Source of the DNA: Candidatus Yanofskybacteria bacterium | GTDB taxonomy: Bacteria; Patescibacteriota; Minisyncoccia; 2-02-FULL-40-12; IGHO2-01-FULL-4-A | DNA length: 64,000 bases | Direction of reading: 5' to 3' | NCBI GenBank assembly: GCA_016185545.1 | Contig: JACPNJ010000005.1 | Coordinates: forward strand, 271,717 to 335,716 | In this document: one piece after another, positions 29,707-39,766 of the stretch | Position numbering within the stretch: position 1 is the first letter of the stretch | Layout of the letters: every line of letters begins with the position of its first letter | Position numbers and translations under genes: made by a program | Notes under the pieces: model-generated | The model's input: the letters and a program-made list of their open reading frames with translations, nothing else | Databases searched by the model: none | What the model was told of the DNA's origin: nothing

Positions 29707-31470
29707 TCAATAAGATCCGAGCAAAAATCTTATTATCGCTCCCAGATAAACACTATTCAGCAATGATTGCGGCTGTTCTGTTTCCGGCGGCAAAGGAGGA
29801 GGCACTTGAATTTCTGACGGGATAAACTGACCTTCGCCCGGCTGCGGCGGCAGTGGCAACGACCGGCCTTCAAATTCCAGTGGCTGATTTAATTCTTGGG
29901 GATGCTGATTTTGTTTTTCGGGGAAAGGTTGATTGAAAGGTTGATTGAAATTTTCAGGAAACGGCGGCCTATCCATGGACCTATCTCCTGGCATTGGCGA
30001 AAACTCCGGAGGTATTGGGAACGTTCGTGGCATCAATGGCCTTTCTCCCTGTTCTTCCAACGATTTATTAAAATCGCGACATTTTTCTGGATTTTGCAAA
30101 CATAAATTTTGGCATTCTTTTGGTGAACTGCAGCCTCCTGGACCTCGAAACCCACCTTGCTTACCTGGCGGAAAGCCTTCAGGCGGCATACCTTCTGGCG
30201 GCATATTTTCCGGCGGACCGTTCTCTTCACCCCGTCTATGGTTTATATCCGCCGGGGATTCCATTTCTCTGGGCGGAAATTTATCAAAGCAACTTTTCAT
30301 TTGGTTTCCTATCTGCGGACCAGGCGTTAGCTCTCCGGACTGTATTTTATTTATGATGTTTTCCCCCAATGCTGATTTGAGACAATCTTTTATTTCGGGC
30401 GGAGCATTATTCAAACCTTCCCGCATCCTGCCCATTCCCTCTTTCATTTCATTTATTTGTTCTGCCGGTATTAAGCCGTTTTCTTCGGCAAATTTAAAGC
30501 ATGCTTCCTGATTGGCAGAGTTGTTACAGAATGATTCGCATTCTTCTTTTCCCTTGCAGCCGCCGGGTCCCTTACCACGCGTTTTGCGAGCTATTTCGGC
30601 CTCCTTGCCGTCAATAAATCCGGCCGCTTCGGCAAAATTGGCACATTCATCAAAATGTTCATCGCTTTGGCAATAACTGTCGCACTCCGTTTTTCCTCTG
30701 CAATTTGGCGGTTTTATTCCTTTCTTAATGGCTGAGAGCATTTTTTGAGAATCTTCTTTCTCCTTGTCGTTCATCAACCCGGCTTCTATGGCAAAATTCA
30801 TACAGACCTCCAAATTGTCCGGCTGTTGGCAGTACTGATCGCATGCTTCCTTTCCTCTGCAAGGCGGCGGCTTAACTCCTCTTTTAACGGCTTGCAAAAC
30901 TTTTCGTGATTCCGCAAGTTCCCGGTCATCCATAAAACCGGCCTCTTGGGCAAAGGCAATGCATTCTTCCATGTGGTTTTGGTCTTCGCAATAACTGTCA
31001 CAAGCCTTCTTATTTCCGCAGGACGGAGGTTTAACCCCTCTTTTAATGGCGGCTCTAACCTTTTTTGCCTCTTCCAGTTCCTTAGGAGGCAGAAAATTAT
31101 TTTGTTCCGCGAAAGAAACGCATTCATCTATATTTGAAATATCGTTACAATAAGATTCGCATGAATCTTTCCCTGTGCATCCGCCTGGACCTTTATTGCC
31201 GGCAGCCGTGAATTTTCTTGCCATCTCTATCTCTTCTTTGGGCATCAGATTATTCTCTTCGGCAAAGTTAAGACACGCTTCGGTGTTTTCCGATTTATCA
31301 CAAAAATTGCGGCAATCTGTTTCACTTCTACAATTGCCGAGTTGGAGAATAGGATATTGAATATTGGCAGTACTAGTAGCTGCTGTTTGGGCAAAAACTA
31401 TGCTGATAAAAAACACTGATACTGCAGCAGTTAAGCCCAAAATGGATGTTTTTAAAATTTTATTTATCAT
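29707..31470 (-). CDS. Secreted cysteine-rich tandem-module protein with Pro-rich C-terminal region
   Basis: Signal peptide. ~7 repeats of a ~45-aa four-Cys module (GC.GK..C..YC...N..EC..FA...G...KE.E..RK). P/E/Q-rich tail. Confidence 0.6.
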   Translation of the reverse strand: MINKILKTSILGLTAAVSVFFISIVFAQTAATSTANIQYPILQLGNCRSETDCRNFCDKSENTEACLNFAEENNLMPKEEIEMARKFTAAGNKGPGGCTGKDSCESYCNDISNIDECVSFAEQNNFLPPKELEEAKKVRAAIKRGVKPPSCGNKKACDSYCEDQNHMEECIAFAQEAGFMDDRELAESRKVLQAVKRGVKPPPCRGKEACDQYCQQPDNLEVCMNFAIEAGLMNDKEKEDSQKMLSAIKKGIKPPNCRGKTECDSYCQSDEHFDECANFAEAAGFIDGKEAEIARKTRGKGPGGCKGKEECESFCNNSANQEACFKFAEENGLIPAEQINEMKEGMGRMREGLNNAPPEIKDCLKSALGENIINKIQSGELTPGPQIGNQMKSCFDKFPPREMESPADINHRRGEENGPPENMPPEGMPPEGFPPGKQGGFRGPGGCSSPKECQNLCLQNPEKCRDFNKSLEEQGERPLMPRTFPIPPEFSPMPGDRSMDRPPFPENFNQPFNQPFPEKQNQHPQELNQPLEFEGRSLPLPPQPGEGQFIPSEIQVPPPLPPETEQPQSLLNSVYLGAIIRFLLGSY

Positions 31471-31473
31471 ACA

Positions 31474-31740
31474 TCATTTGAACGGATTGGTTTTTACATT
31501 CTTGAATGGGTTTGTTTGGGACAAGGGGTTGGTATCGGGCTTGTTGCTTAATGGATTTAACTCTGGAAGTTTATCGCCGGGATTTTCCGCTTTCTGGTAA
31601 AGATCGCTGCCAATGCCGCCAGGGGTTGGCGTAACGACCGGCGCGATAACTTGTTGTCGGATTCGTAGCCGCCACAAAAGAACGGCAATTGCCGCAATGA
31701 TTATAATTGCAAAAACATACAATTTTACGCGATCAACCAC
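31474..31740 (-). CDS. Small membrane-anchored protein with NPL/NPF repeats
   Basis: N-terminal TM; C-terminal NPLSNKPDTNPLSQTNPFKNVKTNPFK. Confidence 0.4.
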   Translation of the reverse strand: MVDRVKLYVFAIIIIAAIAVLLWRLRIRQQVIAPVVTPTPGGIGSDLYQKAENPGDKLPELNPLSNKPDTNPLSQTNPFKNVKTNPFK

Positions 31741-31798
31741 ACATTTATTATATTACCTTGTGACTCGGCCGTAAAAACAAAATTGTTGATAACCAATA

Positions 31799-31846
31799 TC
31801 CTCCCTAAATCAAAACGGCCCACTGGGCCGTTTTGATTTAGGGAGG
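31799..31846. terminator. Perfect 23-bp-arm palindromic hairpin
   Basis: tcctccctaaatcaaaacggccc a ctgggccgttttgatttagggagga, directly abutting tRNA-Thr. Confidence 0.4.
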
Positions 31847-31918
31847 AGCCGGAGGTGAGACTCGAACTCACGGCCTGAGCTTTACGAAAGCCCTGCTCTG
31901 CCTCTGAGCTACTCCGGC
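31847..31918 (-). tRNA. tRNA-Thr (CGU)
   Basis: Acceptor GCCGGAG/CUCCGGC, D GCUC/GAGC, anticodon loop UUCGUAA, T GUGAG/CUCAC with UUCGAGU; CCA not encoded. Confidence 0.8.
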
Positions 31919-31998
31919 ATGAAAAGGTTGGTTTTCTAAAACCGCATATTTATGTTACTCTATTTTTAGCAATTTTAAAAGATCATGGGGGCGCTAAA

Positions 31999-32262
31999 AT
32001 GACCCAGATAGAAAAAAATTTAATAATAAAAACATCGTCTCACAGAATGCAACATCTTATACGCAGTGGGGCTAGAGTTATAGAATTCCAAAAATTCTTG
32101 GGCGTTCAGGGAGCTCAAATGTACAAAACGACAGTAAGCTGTAACTCACAAGTTTTTTATACTATCCAAGAAAAACCTTTTTCATATATGATCGATGCAG
32201 AGGGTCAATTGTTCACCGCTAATAAATGCGAATGTGCTCAATCTATTTCGTGCCTATTGTAA
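31999..32262 (+). CDS. Hypothetical protein
   Basis: Isolated plus-strand ORF, no motif. Confidence 0.25.
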   Translation: MTQIEKNLIIKTSSHRMQHLIRSGARVIEFQKFLGVQGAQMYKTTVSCNSQVFYTIQEKPFSYMIDAEGQLFTANKCECAQSISCLL

Positions 32263-32333
32263 GATAGGTTTTTTTATTTTGATAAAAAAACGGGCGTTGG
32301 CCCGCGTATAACATTCGAGGTTTTTTGCAAATA

Positions 32334-33506
32334 TCAATTTTCCAGCTGAAATATTCCAGCCGCGCCCATACCGCCGCCTATACACATTGTTTCAAGACCG
32401 AATTCCACGCCACGCCGCCGCATTTCGTAAATTAGCGTTGCGGCAATCCGCACACCCGAACATCCTAGCGGATGACCTAGCGCTATTGCTCCACCGTTCA
32501 CGTTGAGACTGCCACGATTAAGGGGAATCTCACGCAATACCGCAAGCGCTTGCACCGCAAATGCTTCATTAAGTTCAATCAAGCCAATTTGACTCAAGTA
32601 AAGCGAAGTCCTCCTTGATACTTCTTTAATCGCAGTCACCGGTCCAACGCCGAAAAGTTCAGGTTGCACACCAATAACTGCGTAATCAATTAGCCGCGCC
32701 AGCGGTTTTACACCGATTTCATTTGCACACTCGCGGGACATAAGCATTACCGCCGCCGCTCCATCGCTCATCTGGGAAGCATTGCCTGCCGTCACGGTTG
32801 AATCAGGGTCTTTATCTTTTTCTATTGGTTCAAGCTTAGCCAGTTTTTCCAAAGAAGTATTGCGCCTCGGTCCCTCATCAAGGTTAACCCAGCCGAGAAG
32901 TGTATTAACCGGTACAATTTCTTCTTTAAATTTTGAGTTATCTTGCGCTCGTACGGCTTTCCGGTGGCTTTCAAACGCAAATTTATCCTGTTCCTGACGC
33001 GAAATCCCGTATTTCTTTCTTAAAACTTCTGCGCCGCCGATGGTTGAGATGTATGCATGCGTTTCATTAAGAAGCACGGGATGGGGTTCAAACTTATTGC
33101 CCATCATAGGCACCATACTCATACTCTCCACGCCCCCGGCGATAATGACTTCAGCTCCTCCGGCTTTGATTCTGTCGGTTCCAAGCGAGATCGCCTGCAG
33201 TCCGGATGAACAGAAACGATTAACGGTCATGCCCGGAATAGTAATCGGTAATCCGGCTAATAGACAGATATTACGGGCAATATTCATGCCTTGCTGGGCT
33301 TCGGGAAAGGCACAGCCAAAAATAACATCATCAATACAAAATGGGTTGAGCTGTGGAACCATTTTCAAAAGATTCCTCACGACAATTGCGCCAAGATCAT
33401 CAGGACGGATTTGGCTTAATGCTCCCCTTATTTTGCCTACCGGCGTACGACATGCCGCCACAATAACCGCATCGTTATCAGACCCGCAAAAACACCTATG
33501 AGACAT
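32334..33506 (-). CDS. Acetyl-CoA C-acetyltransferase (thiolase)
   Basis: VNRFCSSGLQAI active Cys region, NVNGGAIALGHPLGCSG C-terminal signature. Confidence 0.85.
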   Translation of the reverse strand: MSHRCFCGSDNDAVIVAACRTPVGKIRGALSQIRPDDLGAIVVRNLLKMVPQLNPFCIDDVIFGCAFPEAQQGMNIARNICLLAGLPITIPGMTVNRFCSSGLQAISLGTDRIKAGGAEVIIAGGVESMSMVPMMGNKFEPHPVLLNETHAYISTIGGAEVLRKKYGISRQEQDKFAFESHRKAVRAQDNSKFKEEIVPVNTLLGWVNLDEGPRRNTSLEKLAKLEPIEKDKDPDSTVTAGNASQMSDGAAAVMLMSRECANEIGVKPLARLIDYAVIGVQPELFGVGPVTAIKEVSRRTSLYLSQIGLIELNEAFAVQALAVLREIPLNRGSLNVNGGAIALGHPLGCSGVRIAATLIYEMRRRGVEFGLETMCIGGGMGAAGIFQLEN

Positions 33507-33659
33507 CGACTACCCCCATGTTTTAAAGTCCAGTTTCACAGTCTAAACCTAAATAAAAACAGGAAAAAAGTCAAAAAATACACCAGTCAGCTGGTGTATT
33601 TTTTATTTTGAGCGGGCCGCCCTGTGGGCGAGCCTCGCTCAAAAATGCTAGCATTTTTG

Positions 33660-33730
33660 AGCGGGGTACGGGAGTTGAACCCGTTTCTCAACCTTGGGAA
33701 GGTCGTGTTAGGCCGTTTAACTAACCCCGC
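33660..33730 (-). tRNA. tRNA-Gly (CCC)
   Basis: Acceptor GCGGGGU/ACCCCGC, D GUUA/UAAC, anticodon loop UUCCCAA, T ACGGG/CCCGU with UUCAACU. Confidence 0.7.
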
Positions 33731-33734
33731 TTAT

Positions 33735-34133
33735 TTATCTGTTTATCAAATATTTCCACCATTGTTTTAGATTCGTGACAAATTTATTTTCAAAAATTTC
33801 CTGTGCTCGCCCCACTTCTAAACCAGTCTGGTGGAAGGGTGTGGTTTCCGTGTTTTTCCGATACACATAAACTACTCTCTCGTCGGGTTTTTTGTAATTA
33901 AGCTTCAGCCGCGCTTGTCTTTCCAAATAGTCATTACTTTTCAGATAATCACTGAGTTCTTTTAACTCTAAACTTGTTTTTTCCGCCTCGTTAATTTTTT
34001 GATCAAGGTTTTTAAGCTCTTTGCGAACAATCATAATCGGCGGCCCAAGTTTTATGGTAGAAATCAAAAAAAACCCGATTATTACCAAAACAATAACCGT
34101 AAACGATTTGGATTGTAAAATCTCTTTTAACAT
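33735..34133 (-). CDS. FtsB/DivIC-like septum formation initiator
   Basis: TM, then coiled coil, then a DYLERQARLKLNYKKPDERVV C-terminal motif. Start set after the palindrome. Confidence 0.45.
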   Translation of the reverse strand: MLKEILQSKSFTVIVLVIIGFFLISTIKLGPPIMIVRKELKNLDQKINEAEKTSLELKELSDYLKSNDYLERQARLKLNYKKPDERVVYVYRKNTETTPFHQTGLEVGRAQEIFENKFVTNLKQWWKYLINR

Positions 34134-34149
34134 TTCGGTCTGTACGTCT

Positions 34150-34195
34150 GTACGACATCGCAAGTCGTGCAATTGCACGACTTGCGATGTCGTAC
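34150..34195. repeat. Perfect 46-bp palindrome
   Basis: gtacgacatcgcaagtcgtgcaa|ttgcacgacttgcgatgtcgtac, preceded by a gtctgtac x2 tandem. Confidence 0.9.
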
Positions 34196-34247
34196 ATATT
34201 GTCATATATATGCCGTATATTCATTCGCAATTCATCGTCAAGCCTTA

Positions 34248-34733
34248 TTAGATTGTGCTTCTATTTTGCCTGATATTGTTTATTAGCTCTATCGTTTCAT
34301 CCGGGTTAGCGATTTTTTCCAAGATAATCTCGTTTTCCGCGGCAGTTCTGATTTTCAGGTCTCCATAATCATAAAGCGATGCGTTCATTCCACGCTTACT
34401 GTAAGTAATTTCCACGATGTCTTGGTACAAAAGTTCGGTTACAGTCTTTGAAAAAAATCCATGCTGCTCATTTTCAACAACACGCTGATTCGTTATAATC
34501 AAAGCATCATTTTTCCATATAAAACATTTCTGCAGTATAATGAAAGTAACAATGAGTGCGCTGAGAATTAAAGTTAAAGTCCAATAACCGAAGAAATCAA
34601 AATCTAGCGAATATCTGACCAGGAACAGTCCGACAACAATTAGCGGCCAGGTAAAAAACACCGGGATTAAAAACATCACGTGTTTCCGTGCAATTTTGAT
34701 TAATTCTTCATCCTGGCGTAAGATAATAGGCAT
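34248..34733 (-). CDS. Membrane protein with bacterial PH domain (YdbS/YdbT-like)
   Basis: Two TM helices followed by a ~90-aa PH-like domain. Confidence 0.45.
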   Translation of the reverse strand: MPIILRQDEELIKIARKHVMFLIPVFFTWPLIVVGLFLVRYSLDFDFFGYWTLTLILSALIVTFIILQKCFIWKNDALIITNQRVVENEQHGFFSKTVTELLYQDIVEITYSKRGMNASLYDYGDLKIRTAAENEIILEKIANPDETIELINNIRQNRSTI

Positions 34734-34946
34734 ATTCGTGTGCGCTATTCGTCAAGCGTATGTAACTATGTTTTCCAAAAAAGCTATTAAATATATCTCC
34801 ATAGTTGTAGCCGTCCTCACCATTGTCTCCATGGTCGCCTTTTTGCTTATTCCCCTTCTTCGTTTTTAAACTTCAGCAGGCAAATCTTCTTGAAATTAGA
34901 TAAATTATAACCCCGGGATATAAAAAAATAAATGATAGGGGGTCAT

Positions 34947-36764
34947 TTATTTTTTTAGCATTTCCAAAAATACCTTCTGTGGTATTTCCACTTTACCCCG
35001 CTCCTTCATTTTAGCTTTCCCGCGTTTTTGTTTTTCTAGCAACTTCTTTTTGCGGGTCACATCGCCGCCATACAGGTAACCCGTAACATCTTTGCGCAAA
35101 GCGGGTATGGTTTCTCGGGCAATGATTTTACCTCCGATAGCCGCCTGTAAAGATACCGCAAACCATTGCCGCGGCAATATCTTTTTCAATTTTTCAACAA
35201 TCCGCCTGCCTTCATGATATGTCCGCTCGCGCGGCACAATTTTGGAAAACGGCTCAACTTTTTCCTCGGCGACTAAAATATCCAGCCGTACCAAATCATA
35301 AACTTGATAACGAGCCGGCTCATAGCTCATGGAGGCGTAGCCGGAACTGACACTTTTGAGCCGGTCGTAAAAGTCTGTAATTATTTCTGACAATGGCACA
35401 AGGTACTTCAATATCGCCACCTCCTTGCTTAAATAATCGGTCGATCTATACTGGCTCCGCAATTCCGACAAAAGTTTCATTAATTGTCCCATGTACGATA
35501 CTGGGCTTAAAATTTCCAAATCAACCATCGGCTCTTCTATACTCTCTATTATGCCGGGGTCGGGTAGAGCGGCGGCTGAACGCACCTTTAGAACCTCACT
35601 TTTTTTTGTAGCAACATGATATTCCACAGATGGTGTGGAAACAATAAGAGCAAGGCCGAATTCACGACGCAAACGTTCGCTGACTATTTCAATATGCAAC
35701 ATGCCGAGAAATCCCAGACGAAAACCGCGCCCTAACGCCGGCGAAGATTCGGGTTCATAAACCAGCGAAGCATCGGTAAGCTTCAATTTGCCAAGTGCGT
35801 CTTTAAGTACGTCGTAATCATCGCTAGATTCAGGATAAAAACTGGCAAACACCATAGGTTTTGGCTCTTGATAACCGGATAGAGGTTTTAAAATTTCATT
35901 TTGAGATTTGAGATTTGAGATTTGAGATTTAAATATCGTATCGCCGACTCTAATTTGCCCGGGATCTTTTAGACCCGTAGCAATATAACCAATCTCACCG
36001 GCAGACAACATCGATTCCTTTTTAAGTTGCGGCGCAAAATAGCCGACTTCCACAACATCAGAAGTGGCCCTTGAGGCAAATAACTTAATTTTCTCTCCCG
36101 CTTTTATGGAACCGCCGAAAACTCTGACAAAAGCAATAACACCCTTATAAATATCAAAGGCTGAGTCAAAAATCAGAGCACGAAATGATGAGGGTTTAGG
36201 GTCTAGGGTATAGGGTATAGACGGCGTAATTTTGGCAATTACTGCTTCAAGAACTTGTTCCACTCCTTCGCCGGTTTTGGCGGAAATTTTTAAAATATCC
36301 TCGCGCGGCATGGTTAATAAATTTACCAGTTCTTCCTCCGCTTCGGCGACTCGCGCATTCGGCAAATCAATTTTGTTAATCACTGGAATAATTGCCAGCC
36401 CTTGTTTCTGCGCCAAATGTAAATTCGCCAGTGTCTGCGCCTGCACGCCCTTAGTCGCATCCACCAACAAAATCACTCCCTCAACAGCGGCAAGTGAACG
36501 GGAAACTTCATAAGAGAAATCCACATGACCCGGAGTATCAATAAGATTAAGCGTGTAACGGTTGGCATTTAGGGCGTAGGACATTCTAACAGGCTGGAGT
36601 TTAATGGTAATCCCCCGCTCGCGTTCCAGTTCCATCTGGTCTAAAAACTGCTCGTGCATCTTCCGTTTCTCAACCGTTCCAGTTAATTCCAAAAACCTGT
36701 CGGCTAAAGTTGACTTGCCGTGATCAATGTGGGCAACGATACAGAAATTGCGGATATTTTGCAT
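34947..36764 (-). CDS. lepA: Elongation factor 4
   Basis: AHIDHGKSTL G1 motif, DTPGH, NKID, LepA C-terminal domain. Contains in-frame tandem-heptamer stretches. Confidence 0.9.
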   Translation of the reverse strand: MQNIRNFCIVAHIDHGKSTLADRFLELTGTVEKRKMHEQFLDQMELERERGITIKLQPVRMSYALNANRYTLNLIDTPGHVDFSYEVSRSLAAVEGVILLVDATKGVQAQTLANLHLAQKQGLAIIPVINKIDLPNARVAEAEEELVNLLTMPREDILKISAKTGEGVEQVLEAVIAKITPSIPYTLDPKPSSFRALIFDSAFDIYKGVIAFVRVFGGSIKAGEKIKLFASRATSDVVEVGYFAPQLKKESMLSAGEIGYIATGLKDPGQIRVGDTIFKSQISNLKSQNEILKPLSGYQEPKPMVFASFYPESSDDYDVLKDALGKLKLTDASLVYEPESSPALGRGFRLGFLGMLHIEIVSERLRREFGLALIVSTPSVEYHVATKKSEVLKVRSAAALPDPGIIESIEEPMVDLEILSPVSYMGQLMKLLSELRSQYRSTDYLSKEVAILKYLVPLSEIITDFYDRLKSVSSGYASMSYEPARYQVYDLVRLDILVAEEKVEPFSKIVPRERTYHEGRRIVEKLKKILPRQWFAVSLQAAIGGKIIARETIPALRKDVTGYLYGGDVTRKKKLLEKQKRGKAKMKERGKVEIPQKVFLEMLKK

Positions 36765-36797
36765 AAACCACAAAACCTGCCTCTCGAAAGGCAGGTT

Positions 36798-37082
36798 TCA
36801 TTTTTCCAAAGTTTGATCCCCCGATTTGTCACTCAATTTTTCTAAAGATTCCATTTCAACTATTCTTTTTCTTTCTTTCATTCCCCTTTCTTTGCCTGCC
36901 CATATATCTCTTTCTTCTTTTTTAACTAAAACCTTACCCGCGAAAGGAGTATTTTCCCCAAAAATTTTTGTGATTTTCCAGCCGCTATCTTTTATACCGC
37001 GACCCAAAAGAATTGAAACCTCTTGGCCAATCTCGAAACTCGATTTGCTTACTTTTTTCTCGTTAAAATTTTCTTGATTCAC
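36798..37082 (-). CDS. Hypothetical protein
   Basis: 94 aa, Lys/Glu-rich, no motif. Confidence 0.3.
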   Translation of the reverse strand: MNQENFNEKKVSKSSFEIGQEVSILLGRGIKDSGWKITKIFGENTPFAGKVLVKKEERDIWAGKERGMKERKRIVEMESLEKLSDKSGDQTLEK

Positions 37083-37087
37083 GGATA

Positions 37088-39766
37088 TTAGTCTAACAAA
37101 ATATCAATCTCCCGGTCAACCGACAAATCAGAATTTAAAATTAAACTGTTGCCGATAGTCTGTAACTCGGCACTTTTGTTTAGCATGCTTTTACCATCAG
37201 GTAACTTGAAACTGAAACCAATCTGATCTTGGCCGGTACCGGATTGTTTCTGCCACAATAGACTATATTTCCCATCAGCAACAGAAGTCGGCGTTTTGTA
37301 TTTTAGTGTAACTGATTTGGTCTGTTTTGGTTTTGTAATCAGCCAAAAACCAAAAACTGTCTTGCCCGATTCCTCAAATACATCCACGCCGGCAAACGGC
37401 TTTTTGATACTGGATTCTATTCGTTCTAGTTCTTGATCACGCTTAAACCCAAAATCCTCATGGTCAATAAGGGGTCTGAAATCGGTTATTGATTGACCCT
37501 GGATACTTTCCAAAACCGATCCCTTGGGAACATAAACTTTAATATACGCCGAGTTGTCACGGTTATAAAACCCGTATTTGGAATCGCCGCCATTATGCAC
37601 CCTATTAACAGTAAGCACATGGTTTAATGTTCCGCCATCACCGATACTGGTTTCCAAATCCATTAGGTTTTCGGTCACAAAATCAGTTTTTGAACCCTTT
37701 ATATTAGAAAACACGACTTGCAGGTAATCTTCAAGTATTTGCTCAATCTCTCCGCCTAATCCGTTTTTAACCGCGACTTTTTCTAAATTAGAGTTTTCGA
37801 AGTATGCCAGAATGTGCTTTTGCTCCGCGGCCTCTGAAATAATTCTAAAAATCGCAAGCCATTGGTCTTTATTCTGTCGGGCAAGTCGTTCAAAAAACTT
37901 AGGCTGGAGGTCGGAAAGTATTTGTTTGGGAGCGGAACGGTTGGCTTCGTACTCAACCTCATTCTGGATTTTTGTCAGAAAATTACCGGCATCAAGCGTT
38001 AAACCGTATTCCGGCATTTCAATCGGACCGATAATATCTAAAATCTTGGCAATAACATCCGGCGTAATTGTAAGCACACCGTCCACTTCCGGCCCTCCGT
38101 CCAATTTGTAAAACTCCGTCACCTTGCGCGCCGAGGTGGGAAAATCGGCAAACCAAGCGGCATCGCGCATTCCCCAGTTTGGCGTGATATGCTGAAGCGG
38201 AATCGGAGGAATGATCTTTTCTTTCAAATTGGCATCAGCTCGGTAAACATCCTCAACAAAAATTTTCTTAAGAGAGCCGTTTTCAAAGGTTATCAGACCA
38301 TATGTGCCGGGAAAACCGCCAGTCGGCCTTAATTCGCTGTTATTTTGAAGCAAAACTAAATAGGTTTTAATGCCATCAGTACCAACAAACTTAAGCAGAA
38401 AGTCCGAATAATCAACCGCTTCGCCTATATATTTTTGAAACTCCGGAATTTTTTCTTTGAAATTCAAAAAAAGCTTTTGTTTATCAGCCGGAATAGCGGA
38501 AGCGTCAATATCGGCAAGCAAACTATCAGCATTTTTTATGTTCTTTTCGGCAAAAACCAAAATATCCTTGAACTCAGTAAGAAGTTTAGACAGTGAAAGA
38601 GATTGCGATGCACCCGAAGGGTCTAAAAATACAAGTAAGTTGGTTTTATAAAGAGTCCCGAATGCCAGCGATAAATTCTCCCCCGCCTTTGATAAATTTT
38701 GGCCCGCTTCAACCAGATTACTCGCCGCCTTGACCTTGTTAAGGCCGGGCAGATTACCGAAAAAAGAAAGAAAAGACGCGCCAAGCTGGCTAAGCGTTCC
38801 GGACGCCCTGTTAAGATCATCGTATGCCAGGGCAAAACTGTCAGCCGCTTTGATAAAATTAAAATTTTCCAGTTCTTGTTTGGCTTTTTCAAAATTCGCC
38901 ACAGCATTACTACCATTTTGAATAATGTTACTACGAGCCCAAATGCTCCGATGCCTGATTACGATACCGATTGATAGACTGGCCACAGCAATAGTTAGCA
39001 CCCAAACCATCGGCCGGCGATTAAATCTGAACCACGATAGCCACTTGGTTCCACTCTTGAAAGGGGTTTTTCTGGATTTTGCGTCTGAAAAACGCTTGCC
39101 ACTTTCAAAGATGGGATTGTGTGATAGCGACTGACGACCTTTCTGCAAATTTTCAAGCCATATTTCTATTTCGCGCGAAGCGGGTGAATGAACTCCATAG
39201 TGAAAATCAGAATGGCCTTCGGCATTACCCGCGTCTGCGACACGGGTAGCTTCAATTTCTACTGCGGGGAAAGTAAACTTGGTAAGTTCGGCGACCGGTT
39301 CGGCAGGTAATGTGCTGGGAAATAGTTCGGTCCCGGCGTTTTTTTCGGTTATCTTCCTACGATAAGCAATTTTAGATCTGGACTTTGTATTAAAAACCTC
39401 ATAAACGCGGCCACCAACGCGAGTTAATTCAACCGCAGCATCAATCGGTTCTGAAATAGTTTTTTCAAACTCCTCTAATATCGATTCTTTGCTGAATGCT
39501 GTTAATTCATATTTTTGAGAAAAGTCTGGACGTTGGGGCAATTTAACTATTAACTCTTCCCAATAGTCGTCATCTGACAGGGTTTCGGGTTTTTCAATAG
39601 TTGTTTTTGGTTTGCCAAGCCTTAGTTTAGGTTTATCCAAACTGGGGCTGGATTTATTCTCCCGCCGTAAATCAAGTTCGTTTTTAATTTGTTCCAAAAC
39701 TAAAGCTGCCGACTTACCTATCGGTCTGACATCAAACATCGCCAACAAGATATTTCTCTTTGGCAT
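37088..39766 (-). CDS. Large membrane protein with ~620-aa extracytoplasmic domain (DUF4012-like?)
   Basis: Single TM near aa 250; located in an envelope glycosylation cluster. Confidence 0.45.
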   Translation of the reverse strand: MPKRNILLAMFDVRPIGKSAALVLEQIKNELDLRRENKSSPSLDKPKLRLGKPKTTIEKPETLSDDDYWEELIVKLPQRPDFSQKYELTAFSKESILEEFEKTISEPIDAAVELTRVGGRVYEVFNTKSRSKIAYRRKITEKNAGTELFPSTLPAEPVAELTKFTFPAVEIEATRVADAGNAEGHSDFHYGVHSPASREIEIWLENLQKGRQSLSHNPIFESGKRFSDAKSRKTPFKSGTKWLSWFRFNRRPMVWVLTIAVASLSIGIVIRHRSIWARSNIIQNGSNAVANFEKAKQELENFNFIKAADSFALAYDDLNRASGTLSQLGASFLSFFGNLPGLNKVKAASNLVEAGQNLSKAGENLSLAFGTLYKTNLLVFLDPSGASQSLSLSKLLTEFKDILVFAEKNIKNADSLLADIDASAIPADKQKLFLNFKEKIPEFQKYIGEAVDYSDFLLKFVGTDGIKTYLVLLQNNSELRPTGGFPGTYGLITFENGSLKKIFVEDVYRADANLKEKIIPPIPLQHITPNWGMRDAAWFADFPTSARKVTEFYKLDGGPEVDGVLTITPDVIAKILDIIGPIEMPEYGLTLDAGNFLTKIQNEVEYEANRSAPKQILSDLQPKFFERLARQNKDQWLAIFRIISEAAEQKHILAYFENSNLEKVAVKNGLGGEIEQILEDYLQVVFSNIKGSKTDFVTENLMDLETSIGDGGTLNHVLTVNRVHNGGDSKYGFYNRDNSAYIKVYVPKGSVLESIQGQSITDFRPLIDHEDFGFKRDQELERIESSIKKPFAGVDVFEESGKTVFGFWLITKPKQTKSVTLKYKTPTSVADGKYSLLWQKQSGTGQDQIGFSFKLPDGKSMLNKSAELQTIGNSLILNSDLSVDREIDILLD

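Noticed and set aside
33735-34205. Full-length 156-aa ORF including N-terminal MTICTTSQVVQLHDLRCRTD
   Set aside because: The N-terminal 24 codons are the translation of the 46-bp palindrome. The gene start was moved to the Met after it.
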